Assembly (NCBI GenBank): GCA_051362555.1
Contig: CM120640.1
Coordinates: forward strand, 64,024,788-64,088,787
DNA length: 64,000 bases
Reading direction: 5' to 3'
DNA from: Lingula anatina
Lineage: Eukaryota > Animalia > Brachiopoda
Shown here: one piece after another, positions 51,197 through 64,000 of the stretch
Layout: the number at the start of each line of letters is the position of its first letter
Position numbering within the stretch: the first letter of the stretch is position 1
The notes under the pieces: generated by a model
What the model was told of the DNA's origin: nothing
Databases searched by the model: none
Seen by the model: the letters and a program-made list of their open reading frames with translations, nothing else
Position numbers and translations under genes: made by a program

Positions 51197-54100
51197 AAAA
51201 AAAACTTGCATCTGCTATCAACAAGGACATTTTATGTGAACGCTTATATTGGAACTGATGAGTGTGGACCTGTGATATCATTGAGATATACAGTTCATCA
51301 GTATAGGAAAAAAATGCAAGATGAAAAAAGACAGGTGCGCCTCTGATGACAGCCAGTTAGGGACTAATAAAAAAGAGGTGTTCAGGTAATTGTCATCAAG
51401 CAGTTAAGTTAAGAAAGGCAGACAAGTAGACTCAACTGAGAGAGGGGAAAAAACTGCACTTGTAGTTCATGCAGAGCTCCTTGGAGAGGAGGACATGTAT
51501 ATCCTCTGTGTTGAACAGTAACAAAATGCACCTGTTTTCTCGTGGACAGGAACAAGAGGTGGCAGATTGTGACAATATTAATAAGTTCTGTTGGTCAAAT
51601 TGGGCCATAAATGGTTGGACACCAATTTTTCCTCTTGGTTCTCTTTTACTGTCACAGAAGTGTTTTCTGTGTTATTAATCTAACTGGCAGCGGGTACTGT
51701 GCAGCACAGCTATTTTCAGGTCTCTTGTAAGTTACCTGATTAGCTCATACTACATGTGTGCAGCATAGGCAAATTACAATGGCCATGTTATAGTTGACAA
51801 GGGTTGTTTATCTTCCTAGTCCTTTTTTTAGATTTGTTAAAGAGACTGTGAGCTGTTAACACTTGTAATGCCTAGCAATTTCGCAAGATATTGGTTTTCA
51901 GACAAATAGATAATAGCCAAAACCAGCTGCCAAAATGAACAAGAAAGGGGAGGAGGTAGTTTGTATAGTAGGAGTTAAGTCATTGACTTAGTACTGATAA
52001 TACTTTTTTGTTGCCGTTGACTGTTCTTGATTTCAACATCATTCAGTGATGTTTGTTTTAAAAAAAGCACTCAGCAGATCACAACAATCTTGTTCTTTGT
52101 TGAAAATCTTTATTTTGAAAACGGATAATCTCTGCCAATATTTCCTGCATAGTTCCTTTTAAGAATGTCTTTCAACCTTTACCAGAGATCATGAGACCTA
52201 GTCAGAGTTCATTAATAACAACTTCACTTCAGCCAAACAACTGGACCCAAAATAAGACAAAAAAAAGGTGTCTGGTCCAAATTATAGCTCATGGCTCTGG
52301 TTAAGTGTCAAGATTTGAGTTTCACTCATCACTTTTAAGTTCAAATATATATCACTGTGTGTAGTTATTAAGTAAGATGAAGGAGTATATGAAAATAAAT
52401 AATCAAATTTACACTTGAAGGTGTTTTTTTCTGTATCCTGCGTAAAAAGTTCAATTAAATCCAAGTGTATGGATTGATGGTGCATTGGATGGATTTGGTT
52501 TACAACAGCATGTGCCACTGTAAACTTTTTTTGGCGAAAAGTGATGACATTAAGGAGGGAAAAAGCCAGCCGGTGCCCAGCATGTAAAGAATTCCTTACA
52601 TAGCACTCCCCCTTTGCCAGGTTCCAAGTTAACCTAGGCCTTTCCTTGTTAACATTTTTTAAAGAGTGAATAACATAGTTAAAATCCAGTCAGCAGCAAC
52701 TGGTGCCCTTAACTTGGCTCTGAAACTTAAAGCATGGGAGTTATGATTGAATAATTAGCATTTTTGTGAGTAGCTCTTGACTTCCCTCGCTGGGGAAGAT
52801 CAGTCAGTTGTCGGTTCCAGTGAACATTTTCTAAGAGAGATTGGAAGTTATTGGAATAAGTGCTGCAATTAGCCATTCCTTCTGCAACAGTTTCCAAAAC
52901 ATAACAGACGCAAACATAACTGCAACAAACACTTCCTACTGTGCAATTAAGATGTTCTGCAGGAGAGTTTTTTTAGATCTGAAGTGCATATGGGAACCGT
53001 ACTCTGTAGTGGAAATTATAAGTGTATTTAAAGATATGATTTTCATTTTTATAATAGGTCTTACAAGAGATTTTTTCTGAAAATAAAAAGGATTGACGTA
53101 AAAATGGGATATCATGTCATGAAGCATTTTCTGTGATATAAATTCCTTTTGAAAAAGAAATCGGTGTGATATAATTTAATACCCTTTATTGCACCTCGTG
53201 AAAAGAAGTTTTTAGCCGAAAATGTAAGACAAAGAAGTTGATTGGTAATCCATTTAGTATTGATTACTTCCCCAGGGATCTGCTGATGTGAACGGGGACC
53301 ATTCAATGCCCGTGATGGGTTCAAAGAAGCGGCACAAATGTTTATTGTATTATTCTGGATGTTTGCCATCAAATATCTGTCATATTGTCTGTCTGCTCGT
53401 GCCGAGTTTCAGAACGTGGAACTCAGAATCTGGGTCTTACATCCCTATATAGCGTCCCAGTCAAAATTAGCTTTAAAATTCTCACTTACAAGAAAGATAT
53501 TATATTCTTACTTCGCATGGATTAAATTATATCTGAACACTTCTTAAAGAATGCTAATACTTTTTATACATTATTCTTGTTTTCTTAAAACTGACATCGT
53601 TTTACTTCTTATGCGACACTACCATGGGTAAGTTGACATAAAGCATACTTATAGAATAGGTGTGATGTCTTTGAAGAGACAAGGACGGAAAAGCCAGGCA
53701 TCGGGCTTTAATGTGCTTCCCTACCCACATCCAGACCACAGACCCATGCAGTTTTCGTACTTAACCTGTTGAATGTCCGTGGACCTGCAACTAAATTAAA
53801 CATAACAAGAGTTATAAGATTACAAAGTTCATCCTTTGTTTTATGGAAGTAGAATTTGACCCTTCCAAACAAAGGTGGTGATTAAAATCTCATGTCTCTT
53901 GTTATTTAGGCAGCATGGTAACAATGCTCTTTTGCGAGTATTTTCAGTTTGACTAGAAGATCATGCTTTAAATTCATTATAATTTTTTATCGCGCTTTTT
54001 TCTTCAATACTAGTCACAATCTTTACTTTCAATGTTTTAGTGATTTAGACCTGTTTTGTAGACCAGAAACAACCCAAACGCTCCCAACCTAGTGATAAAT

Positions 54101-55492
54101 ATATATAATATTCTATATAAAGAAATTAACTCGGGCATTTTGCTTAAAAACGGCTCTTTACTTTTCAGTGGGAGTTGGAAAAGCCATTCATTACGCATGT
54201 CATTAGTATTTTTTCCATTGAACATTAACAATTCTAAAAAAAATGATACGTAAGGGAATTAGAACCTTGAATTCAAATTATCAAACCTCAAAGAAAGCCA
54301 TTTTGAAATGCGCATTATCAAATAACACAGCAAAAATGTTTTCAAAAAACGGTTGCAATTATTATATGGATAGCATTTGGCAACGTATTCCCCTTGCCAG
54401 TATGACAAGCCCATATAAGTATCAGCGATCAGTCAGATGTAGAAAGACATGCACGGTATTAGGCAAATCGTTATACGAGTCTTGTAAAAGGGGAGAGTAA
54501 CAATACTTAAAAATAAATATACTTGTACGACACAGTGGACAACTTGTCAAAAAAACAGACTTGTCTTTTCCAACCACAGAACAATGGATATATTCATGTT
54601 ATAAATGAATCATATTTCACAAAATAGTAACGAATAAATCATAAAGACAGTGGCAAAATTAAAATGTTTTGTTGTTGAGAACAGCACGCCCAAGCCCTGG
54701 TTTATGTTGGTTTATCTGTTGCATGTCAGCCTCTTCTTTTGAAGATTTTTATATATCCACCCAGATATTGGGTGGGGATGCACATTTCCTGTCGGTCTTG
54801 GTAGTTAAATCAAAGATACAAAGACAGGGTGAAATTTTATATGAAAAAGTTCATTATCAAAAACGTAATATATACACTTTTTGCATTGCTAAGATATTGT
54901 TCCTCGATGTTCATGTATGAAATAATTTACTACAAACTACGCCGAATGCGGTTGAACAAATGCTATACCTGGGTGGCCCAACAACATAATGCGATTGTAA
55001 GATACTGGTATATATTATTTCAGAGCTATCGTTTTATCCAACCACGACCAATAAAAATGTTAACTTTGTAGCTCAAACGCCCCTAGTTTGGAACAACAAA
55101 CGATCACCAAAAACCCAATGATGACCCTAAGTCACGCGGCGTCGCTATCACGAAGAACCACCCTCTTCATATGCAGTAATGTTATACAGCATGATGTGAG
55201 CTTTGCATGTCAAGCGCAATTTTTCTTGGCTTCAAACTCTTTGTTATAAATGGGTGCCACCCAGACATTACTTTTACTCTGGATCGGCATCTATTAAAGC
55301 AGGTGTAACAGCAGCTAATTGTTGTAACTGAACATCGAGTTATCGTTTGAAAAATGGTTCATTTCATCCATTGATAAACCGATATAATGAACAATGAACC
55401 AGTTTTCGAAATCATCACGTACAGCTTGGACTATGATCAATTAATTTGTCGCGTTTTGTGTTTACTTTGATGATTTCGGATGTCTGTTATTT

Positions 55493-55529
<37 letters not shown>

Positions 55530-55575
55530 TCGTGTGTGTGTGTGTGTGTGTGTATGTGTGTGTGTGTGTGTGTGC

Positions 55576-55633
<58 letters not shown>
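55493..55633 (+). repeat. Compound (GT)n(GA)n microsatellite
   Basis: Direct reading; explains the low-complexity ORFs at 55437-55755. Confidence 0.95.
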
Positions 55634-55636
<3 letters not shown>

Positions 55637-56283
55637 CACGTGTAAGAAAGAAAATAAACCGTACAAAAGCAACATACGTTGTTAGTTGCTTTAATTGGGT
55701 AATTAAAATCCATGAAAATTCAATCACTCAGCCACTAATAAAGTGGAACTGGTGACGGGTATTTGTTGAGGTCGCCCTTTGGATGTTTTAAGGAACATTC
55801 TTTCTAGCTATTGTTTTTGTTGTTTTGTAGAAATGATTGGATTTGGCACACGCCCCAATTTGTGTCCGTTACAAAGGTGACTGGGTCAGACGCAATTAAC
55901 AAATGGCACTCATTGAAATACTTTTACTTTAATACTTTCCTTAACAGAAAACAATCGACACGAAACGGTTGTTTTATTGCGTTCAATAATTGGCGTAAGT
56001 TTAAAACAATACCCTCGCTAAACATTGCACTCTCTTCAAAGTGTCCAACAGTTGTTTCAATTAATTACAGCTTCTCTATTATACTCTACGCGTTCTGTTG
56101 ATATATTGTCTCACAAGATAAACAGACCATATTGATTTCAGAGGAGGGTGGATACCCAAGATCTGACCTGAAGTTAATCGGGTAAACATACTCAAATGAA
56201 CCATAGCGAATTTTCCACTGTTATATATTGGGCCTGTTAAAAGTCAAGGGCATCACTGTTTCAACTGCATCCCTCTTTTTGGT

Positions 56284-56341
56284 GCACGCGCGCGCGCGGG
56301 TGTGTATGTGTATGTGCCTGCAGGCTAGTGTGTGTGTGTGC

Positions 56342-56388
<47 letters not shown>
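56284..56388 (+). repeat. Compound (GC)n/(GT)n/(GA)n microsatellite
   Basis: Direct reading. Confidence 0.9.
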
Positions 56389-56390
<2 letters not shown>

Positions 56391-57621
56391 TTAAATGGTT
56401 GATTAGAGAGCCAGACGGAATTAACAAAATAATGCGGGATTTCAAATACTTAACCGTGTGAAATTCGATGCACGTTCAACACGACTCAACTATTTAATGC
56501 TATACAAAAATTTATCAAAAATGTTTCTTATTTAGATTCAACCACCTTGTCATTTCCATAATGCTCTCGACGTGTACATTCAACAAAAATAACTTCTTTT
56601 CAATTCTTTTGACTTTTTACGCGTTCTGCTGACAGAAACATCGGCCCTAAAGCAACTATGAAAGTGCCTATAGAAGCCACCTGTATATAAATTGAATATT
56701 TCACGTAACGCGACCCCAGCTGCCGGTTAGGCCCTACTAATTTCCCTCATCAAGGATCGTTGCCGGTGGTGTCGCTTGGAAAATTGCACAGGTGCGCTGT
56801 GCCATGGGTGATAATCGGGCGGTAATGACTCGCAGTAAGAAGGGACACGAACCCTCGTTAATATTAAACCTCCATCGCATTGTGTAATGAATTTGTAAAT
56901 GAGTCTACAGATCATGTGTTAATGATGAAGATGGTGGCAAGCAATGATTATGATTACAGTGAGAAAGGTATGTCATTTGTCAGTGTCAATGGAAACAGAC
57001 GCAACAACCATCCCATTGAATACCTAGGGTACTCCTTAATATGACATATGTTACGTAACTTTGAATCAACACCCAGTTTGACCAGCCCTTAAATACCCCA
57101 ATGCCAAACAAGGGGACGCCCAGGATTACGTGGAGAAAAAAATGAAGCCATGGGTTCACGGGCACAGAAAACGGCGAAATCAGTCCAGTAGTAGTTCAAA
57201 ATCAATAAAAATAATATCATGACATTAAGTCAATAGTTTAGACCGACCTGTGCCAATATCAAATCAAACAAAACCATTGATATTTGCTTAATGTGCCAGC
57301 CTCCCCGTGCGCCTGTCGTTTACAGGTGGAAATGGTCCAATCAAATCGCTTCTTAACCACTGCGCGCATACGCTCACTCAAACTCAGTCGAGGCACAAGC
57401 GAGGAGCGAGTTTTCCAAAGTTTTCTTGGCAAATGAGTAGCAAATGCCACGCTTTGGGTGTTCGTAAATATTTAGTCAGATATATTTAGCCATGCAGAGA
57501 CCGTCGAAATCATTTGGGGAGGAATTACTGAGTAACGAAGAGGAAGAACCGGCAAGATCGGCTCCCCATTCATTGAATCAATACTGAGTAGCGTTGACAT
57601 TGATAGCAATGTGCGAACACC

Positions 57622-58691
57622 ATGCCATCAGGGTTACTAGTCTTTTTGTGGATACTACTACTACTGCAGAGTATAGCCGGCGTGGACACAGGGGGGACAA
57701 GTTGGGGACCCGGAGCCTTGGCCCATTGTGAGCACACTAGTGACGTAAGTTTTTTAATGAATTTTTCTAATTTCCCCATAGTCTTTAAATCGAGAAAGTA
57801 ATTTGTCCACAGTAGGCCCACAACGCCTGTTTTAATGGAGAGTAGTAAGAAGTTATATAAGTAGAATCCCATTCTTTTGAAAATACACGTGAAATTGTAC
57901 CTAAATTCTTTCTAGTTTACTTTGTCGTGTTGGGCTAAATGGACCATATTAAATGATTTCCTTACACCGCGGTCAGCCTAGTGCAGCATAATACTCAGGT
58001 AAATCTTTCTCTTTGTGGCCGGGCGACTTGTGTGTGGTTTTGGGCTAATATTTGAAGTTTACATTATGTAGCTAGTTTGGGGTGCATTGTAGAACTAACT
58101 GATTTACTTTAAAGCTTGGTTTTATTGCAGCAAAATCAACTCAACTCATTCTTATGGACAGTTAAGAGAGATCCGCCGGCATATTTCTTTGGAACGATTC
58201 ACGTACCTTACACAAGGGTGTGGGATTTTATTCCAGAAAATGCAAAACAGGCATTTAGACAAGCACAGAATATTTTTTTCGAGTTGGATCTTACGGATCC
58301 TTCCACCATCTCAGCATTAGCGACATGTCAGATGTTACCCCATGGGGAAAACTTGCAGGATGTTCTACCCCAGGATATTTATCGAAGGCTCAAACGACAC
58401 TTAAATTATGTGAAAGAAGAAATGCCAAAATGGATGACACCAGATCAGAGAGGGAGGGGTCTATATGCCGATTATTTATTCAATGCAATAGCAGGGAACT
58501 GGGAGCGAAAGAGACCAGTATGGGTTATGTTGATGGTGAACTCTCTGACGGAGAGCGATATCAAATCTAAAGGAATTCCAGTATTGGATCTATACTTGGC
58601 CCAGCAAGCTGAAAGGATGAGCAAAACCACGGGTGCTGTTGAGAGAGTGGAGGAGCAGTGTGTTCCTTTAAATGAACTCAACTTTTCTGAG
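57622..58691 (+). CDS. TRABD2: Metalloprotease TIKI (TraB/PrgY family Wnt-inactivating protease), first two coding exons; gene continues past the window
   Basis: Exon 57622-57744 ([20 protein letters not shown], signal peptide) and exon 58131-58691 ([32 protein letters not shown]...[27 protein letters not shown]...VLDLYLAQ...[10 protein letters not shown]), recognisably TIKI1/TIKI2. Confidence 0.95.
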
Positions 58692-61600
58692 GTAAGTACT
58701 AAATAGATGTTTGCTTGGATCCGTCTTTGTGTTGCTATTGTGTGTCTTGTAGCCACCCTGAAGTTATCTCCCAAATCAGCCCCTACAGATTTTTATCAGA
58801 TCACAAGCATGACCTGATCTAATGATTCTCAAATTTGGCAGGGAGTTGAGTTTAAATAGCCATAACAATCACTGGTACACATGTGCTGTCAGACTCCTTG
58901 CATGTAAACAAGTGGATGTGGCACAGGATAATATTATACACAGTGGTGACACTGGTTAGACACCATGCTACTCCCGTTTTCACAGTTGAGCAATCGTGCA
59001 TCTGAAGGCACATTAACTGAGCATCAAGGGACACAGAGAAAATTACAGCAATTTTTGGTTGTGGATGCTTAACCAGCAACAAAGTCCTGTCTAGGGTTTC
59101 TGGGGTCAGCTCTGCTCCATTCTTATAAAAATGTCAACAGTGTGTCTAGCGGGATCAAGTAATATAGTGCACTGTTCAGAAATTTGGTCCTACCTGCAGA
59201 GAAAGAGCTAATTGAATATTACAGATACAACCATCTTACAATAGCGGGAATACCAGCACACCCTAGTAATTTATACTAGAGTGAAGGTTCATTTGTTATT
59301 TTGCTTGTAGTCTAGGAAGGGGACAAGAGTCTCATTTGTGTTACAATGATTTGACGCACAAGTTTTGTTATAAATTATTTTTCCCCTCTAAAAGAGGTTT
59401 GAGATTCCATGGCCAAGGTGTGTGATCAAACTGGACAAGGTAGAAGGAACATTTGAGAGTACAACTGCACTGCGTGATTTCATAAATATATTTCAAAGGT
59501 TCTATGCTGCTTTATTCACTTAATTTATGGTGAGGAAATCAAACGGTTAAAATTAGTACTCAGAAAAAAGAGGGAAAAAAAGAAACAGAATCTGCTGAAA
59601 ACTACCTGTAACTTTTTTCAACATAAATAGTCTTGGGTATCTTATCATTCACTCAGCACATCTTGGAAAAGCAGTGTATATTCATGGCATTCAGTCTCTG
59701 AGCTCGCTAGGATAAACTAAAATTCGGTACTGGTTGTGGATCAGTGGAATTAGGAATGGTTAATTAAGATCTCGAGGTGAACCGCAAAAATGAGTGCTGT
59801 CAGTAAATCTCTCTGTACACTGATCTACCTTGCTTTCTATCCCTGCTCTTTATCAGGAAGTGCCGCTAGCAGTTGTAGCTCACTCTGGCAGCATTGCCCA
59901 CTTATATTACTACTCAGAGTGTTATATATGTTAATGAAATTATAGGCTGAACTATTCAATTGCTAATGCAATGATAAGCTTTCCTAGGTATATATTAAAA
60001 AGGTTCTAGAGAAAATGTATGCCTGGACAACTGGCAATGTTAGTTGGGAAAGTTTTCAACTGTAGACAACTTTAATAAATTGGTATGTGTTTAATTTGGC
60101 CATATGGTACAGTAAACCATAACTTTCTTACTCCCTGATGATGGTGACTGACAGTCACAGAAATATTGGAGGTAATACCCACATATTTTACAAGCTCTTG
60201 ATAAAAAGAAAAACAGTAATTTGAATTTATACATACAGAGCTAATGAAACTGTTCTCTCATAACTTTCTTAATTGACACAAACATTGTAGGGGGTTTGTA
60301 GATCATGATAGATATTGATGGTTGAAAAACTGTCCTGCCAAAGTGCCATACCAAACACACTAAATGACACATAGTTTATCTCAAATTCTAAATCTCAAAG
60401 TATCTTTTCCAAAGATAACAATAACAAACATCCAGATATTACCATGCCTACTTAGATATTCTTTAAGTCCAGTTTTACACCCTAAGCCGACAAGAACACA
60501 CTTTAGTAAAAGAAACGCCTGTCAGAGGCTCTCTGAGTTGATCCATCTGACTATAGGATTTTGATGATAGACATTATCATCAACCCAGTCTGACTGGATC
60601 CAATTAAGCCTGGGATAAGTCCTGCTGCCTTAATCTCTTTATCTCGCCACCTCTGTGCTGGGAATTAATGAAGGCATTGTACCTGCCTATGGGCCATTGT
60701 TAACCAGGTTTAACTTTACTTTTATTTCAAGGTCTCTGGTAATTAAAATGAATATGTTGTTTCATGTCTGACTGGCACTGTGTACCCCCCTGACCTTTTG
60801 TGGGAATGCAGGGGGCACCGCCAGTTCTCCTTAGTCTCAAAGGCTCCATCAGGTGTGAGAATCCAGTTGGTATGAAGTGCAAATATCTATTTGTCATTTA
60901 AGTTTAGATTGGTTTGTCATTATGTAAAAAAGAAATTCATACATTTCAAAATATCTCTTGAAAAATTATTGGTTCCTTTCTTAATGAATCTGTATCTTTT
61001 TGTGTATAGATATGAAAGAAAAAAATCAGACACAGTGGTTATGCTTATGACATGACTGATTTGTTGAAAACTGAGTGAAACAACTGAGAAATATGTATTT
61101 TGGCAGCTCCAATACATCCATTTCATTGAATCTGCCAACTTGAAGAAGTTCTCAATCCATATAAGTTGGCCTTTTAGTAGAAGTATTGGCACAGATAGAT
61201 AAGAAAATTACCAGCAGATTGCATGTTGTCTCTGCTGTGTCCATGTATTTCTAAGACAATTACTTGTTCTTTCCGGTAATTACATTGATTTTTTGTCAGT
61301 AACTGTCTAAGTGCTGCAATTCTGATCTGGTCACTGAAAAAATTACCCCACAAAACCAAATATAAAAATTTGGCTTCACTTATATTCCTATTGACAAGGC
61401 TCTCAACCCTCTTTAAAATCTGAAACCAAAAGTAAATGCAGATAATTATAAATGAGAAATGTTTAATTTGTCCTTAAAACAAAGTCCCCCAAGTCCTATT
61501 AACAGAAATCCCTCAGAACAGATTGGTTTAATTTGTTTGCATTTATCATATTTCAGTAATTTGCATCTCAATAGCAGTGATAATAATTTTATCTTTTACA

Positions 61601-62485
61601 ATTAATTTTAATTGAAGAAAGGAGGCTGTTACTAATAACAAAAAACACATAAATAGTATAAAAAGTAGTGGCATCTCTTTGTAATATGAGATTAACGCAA
61701 TGATTGATATTTACAATATCAGTGCTATAAATAAGCATCTAGAGTCAAGAATAATCTTCATTGTGAGTTTAGTTAATCATTACAATAAAGCTTTACCTTG
61801 GAATCATAATCTTGAAAAGGCAATGATGAATTGCCTCTACATGCATTTTCTACCCTGACAGTATATCACGGCCACTGACTGTCACAGCTGTGACCTTTAA
61901 TCCCTTTTTTGTTTGGTTTAATATTTTGTGACATTTATTATTCTATGATTGACTTTTCTTTGAAATACCTGAAATGAATCCCCCTGGGCTTTTACTTTTC
62001 AAATTTTGTTTCAGGTTTCAAATGCACATGGCAATGTATGGGTGTTATTTTGTCTGTTAAACTGAGAAAATATCCCATTTTGGTTGTACTACCAAGTCCT
62101 AAAATTTGCATCCCATGGGATGGTGGGTAAGCTGTGAGTAGTTTGTGCAAAGACCAGGTGATTCCAGTATGGATACTTAACTTTAGATTCATTTTAGGCT
62201 TGTTTTAAAATCTGTTAATTGAATGTAAACCATATTTAATCAGTGTAAGCAGATGGAGGATTGCTTATCTGGAATGCCATTCTAAACAATGCCTTCAATA
62301 CCATACCAGTAAGTGGCTGAAATAGAACAAGTAAATTATGTGAAACTGTGCAATTAAAAGCCCAAGCATAGTAATACTAGTGGTGGTACTGTCCTTAATA
62401 AAAAGGGAAGAAGAATTGAAATAGTCTGACATATGAATTTCAACTGGTTGATTTCACATTATCTACTCAAGTGAAATGATATACA

Positions 62486-62687
62486 TGTAAACTCAGTGGG
62501 AAGGGCCAGCTTCAAAGGGGAGTAAAGATAGCCTTGTGTAAATTAGGCACTGTATTGTGAAAGTTATTGAATTAATTTAATGTTGTACAGGTTGTAAACT
62601 CAGTGGGAAGGTCCTGACATCAAAGAAAAGAAAAGATAGCACTGTAGGTCTAAGGTAGTGTATTGTGAAAGTTATTGAATTAATTTA
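62486..62687 (+). repeat. Diverged 107-bp-period tandem duplication in the TIKI intron
   Basis: TGTAAACTCAGTGGGAAGG at 62486 and 62593; TGTATTGTGAAAGTTATTGAATTAATTTA ends both units. Confidence 0.85.
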
Positions 62688-64000
62688 TCAATGGGATCAA
62701 ATTAACCTGCCACTTTAGCAATGTGAACACAAGAGAACCCCCAACAACCAGTAGTGTTTTGTAATTGATATGTTTTTAAAAGGGGTACTGTATATGATGC
62801 TGTTATTAGTTGTTTTACTGCCTTATAGGTTATAAAATTATAGTTGAGAGACTGATCATTCTCATGTTTTATTGGAATTCTTGTGTTGTGCAAATAAATG
62901 TGCATCTATTTTGCAAAATTTCAAGCATTACATTATTGCTGATTCATCTATTTAATTAGCAATAGAATAAAAGAGGAATAGACTTTAAAATATAGTCTTG
63001 GTGCAAAAATCCTGAAAAGAATACTTTTAAGTCTAAATAGGTAAGAAAAAATAGTGGAATGAAGCAACAAGATACCCGACTCTCAGCACTGTTTTATAGT
63101 ACACTACCAATAATTGAGCTACTACCTGTTTGCATAACCTTGGCTATCAAGTGAAGTAAAGAGTTACAAGTGAGGTAATGTTTAGCAAACATAAAAAAGT
63201 CTTAGGGTATATTAGCTTTGAATAAAAAGATGCCGTTAGGAAACATGATTTTCTGTAATTTGAGTCTGAGTAGTCATAACCAGAGGGGTTGCATTAGCAC
63301 ATTATGGTTTCTCAACATTTTTTAAGTTCTGTGTCTGTGGGCAAAATTTTACTTTTTTGAACTTCAGCAAAAGGGGACAAGAGGTAAGAGGAAGACACTC
63401 GTTGCATACTTCATTTTTTATAGCTTCTTCATCTTTTTTATGAGGAAGTGATGTAATTGTAAAGTGTCTGAAAACTTGTCCATCATTTAAAGTACTTAAT
63501 TGTGTAAGGCAGAGCATGTTGTTTCTCTTCTTAACATATCCTGTGCCCTGTAAGGAGCATTACTGCATGAAAAAAAATAAAAAGACTGGAAGCTTGAGCA
63601 CCTGCTTTTCCTGTCTTTTTGACCAAATTAAGCAGCATCAGACTGTTAAAGCACTGCAAGAAGTCTGCAGTACTTTACTCTACCCAAACATTGGATCAGT
63701 CAAAAAGTAGGAAAGCAAAAAGCTAAAAAAAAGTCCAGTGTATTCTTTTTTTTTGCCTTTCTCCATAGAAAGCCAAACTGAATCAACATTACCAAAGCCT
63801 AAGTAAGTAAAACAAAAAACAGCAAAATGTAAAGAAGGATAGATCCCAAATTGCGCCGTGTGGGTCTGAGCGAACAGGCGGTCTTTCTCTGGCGCTACCC
63901 CCTACTGCAGTTGATGGCTATCAGGCAGGAAGAGCATTGGGCACTCTATCAACTTGTTAAAGCACTCCAAAATAATTGTGCAAATATTTGCGATTTTTAG

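Noticed and set aside
51254-51302. Hairpin in the LSM4 3'UTR (ACTGATGA...TCATCAGT) as a SECIS element
   Set aside because: No non-Watson-Crick GA quartet or apical AA in the right geometry, and LSM4 has no in-frame TGA.
55437-56461. ORFs rich in CV/RE/TH/SL repeats
   Set aside because: They are translations of (GT)n and (GA)n microsatellites.
63825-64000. GC-richer stretch at the window end, possibly the start of another element
   Set aside because: Truncated by the window edge; no partner terminus or ORF is visible.

Overview
AT-rich, intron-containing genomic DNA of an invertebrate animal (species not determinable). From left to right: (1) a 5.8-kb Academ-type DNA transposon (TAG...CTA ends, TAA target duplication, subterminal arrays of YY1-like CAAGATGGCG motifs) with a nested Helentron-like element; (2) three tandem minus-strand paralogues of a secreted endonuclease/exonuclease/phosphatase (EEP) protein with an 8-Cys insertion; (3) IFT22/RABL5; (4) a GT32 glycosyltransferase whose homology stops at the DxD motif; (5) a large NACHT-WD40 (NWD1/NWD2-like) gene with a 3.9-kb non-autonomous P element in an intron; (6) LSM4, head-to-head with the NWD gene; (7) the first two coding exons of the Wnt protease TIKI (TRABD2). 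MITEs, an L2 LINE tail and microsatellites are scattered throughout. The strongest unannotated signal is a candidate highly structured, stop-codon-containing cassette ('poison') exon in LSM4 intron 4 (48464-48650). Exon boundaries were read by eye from GT-AG sites and frame continuity; no database search was run.
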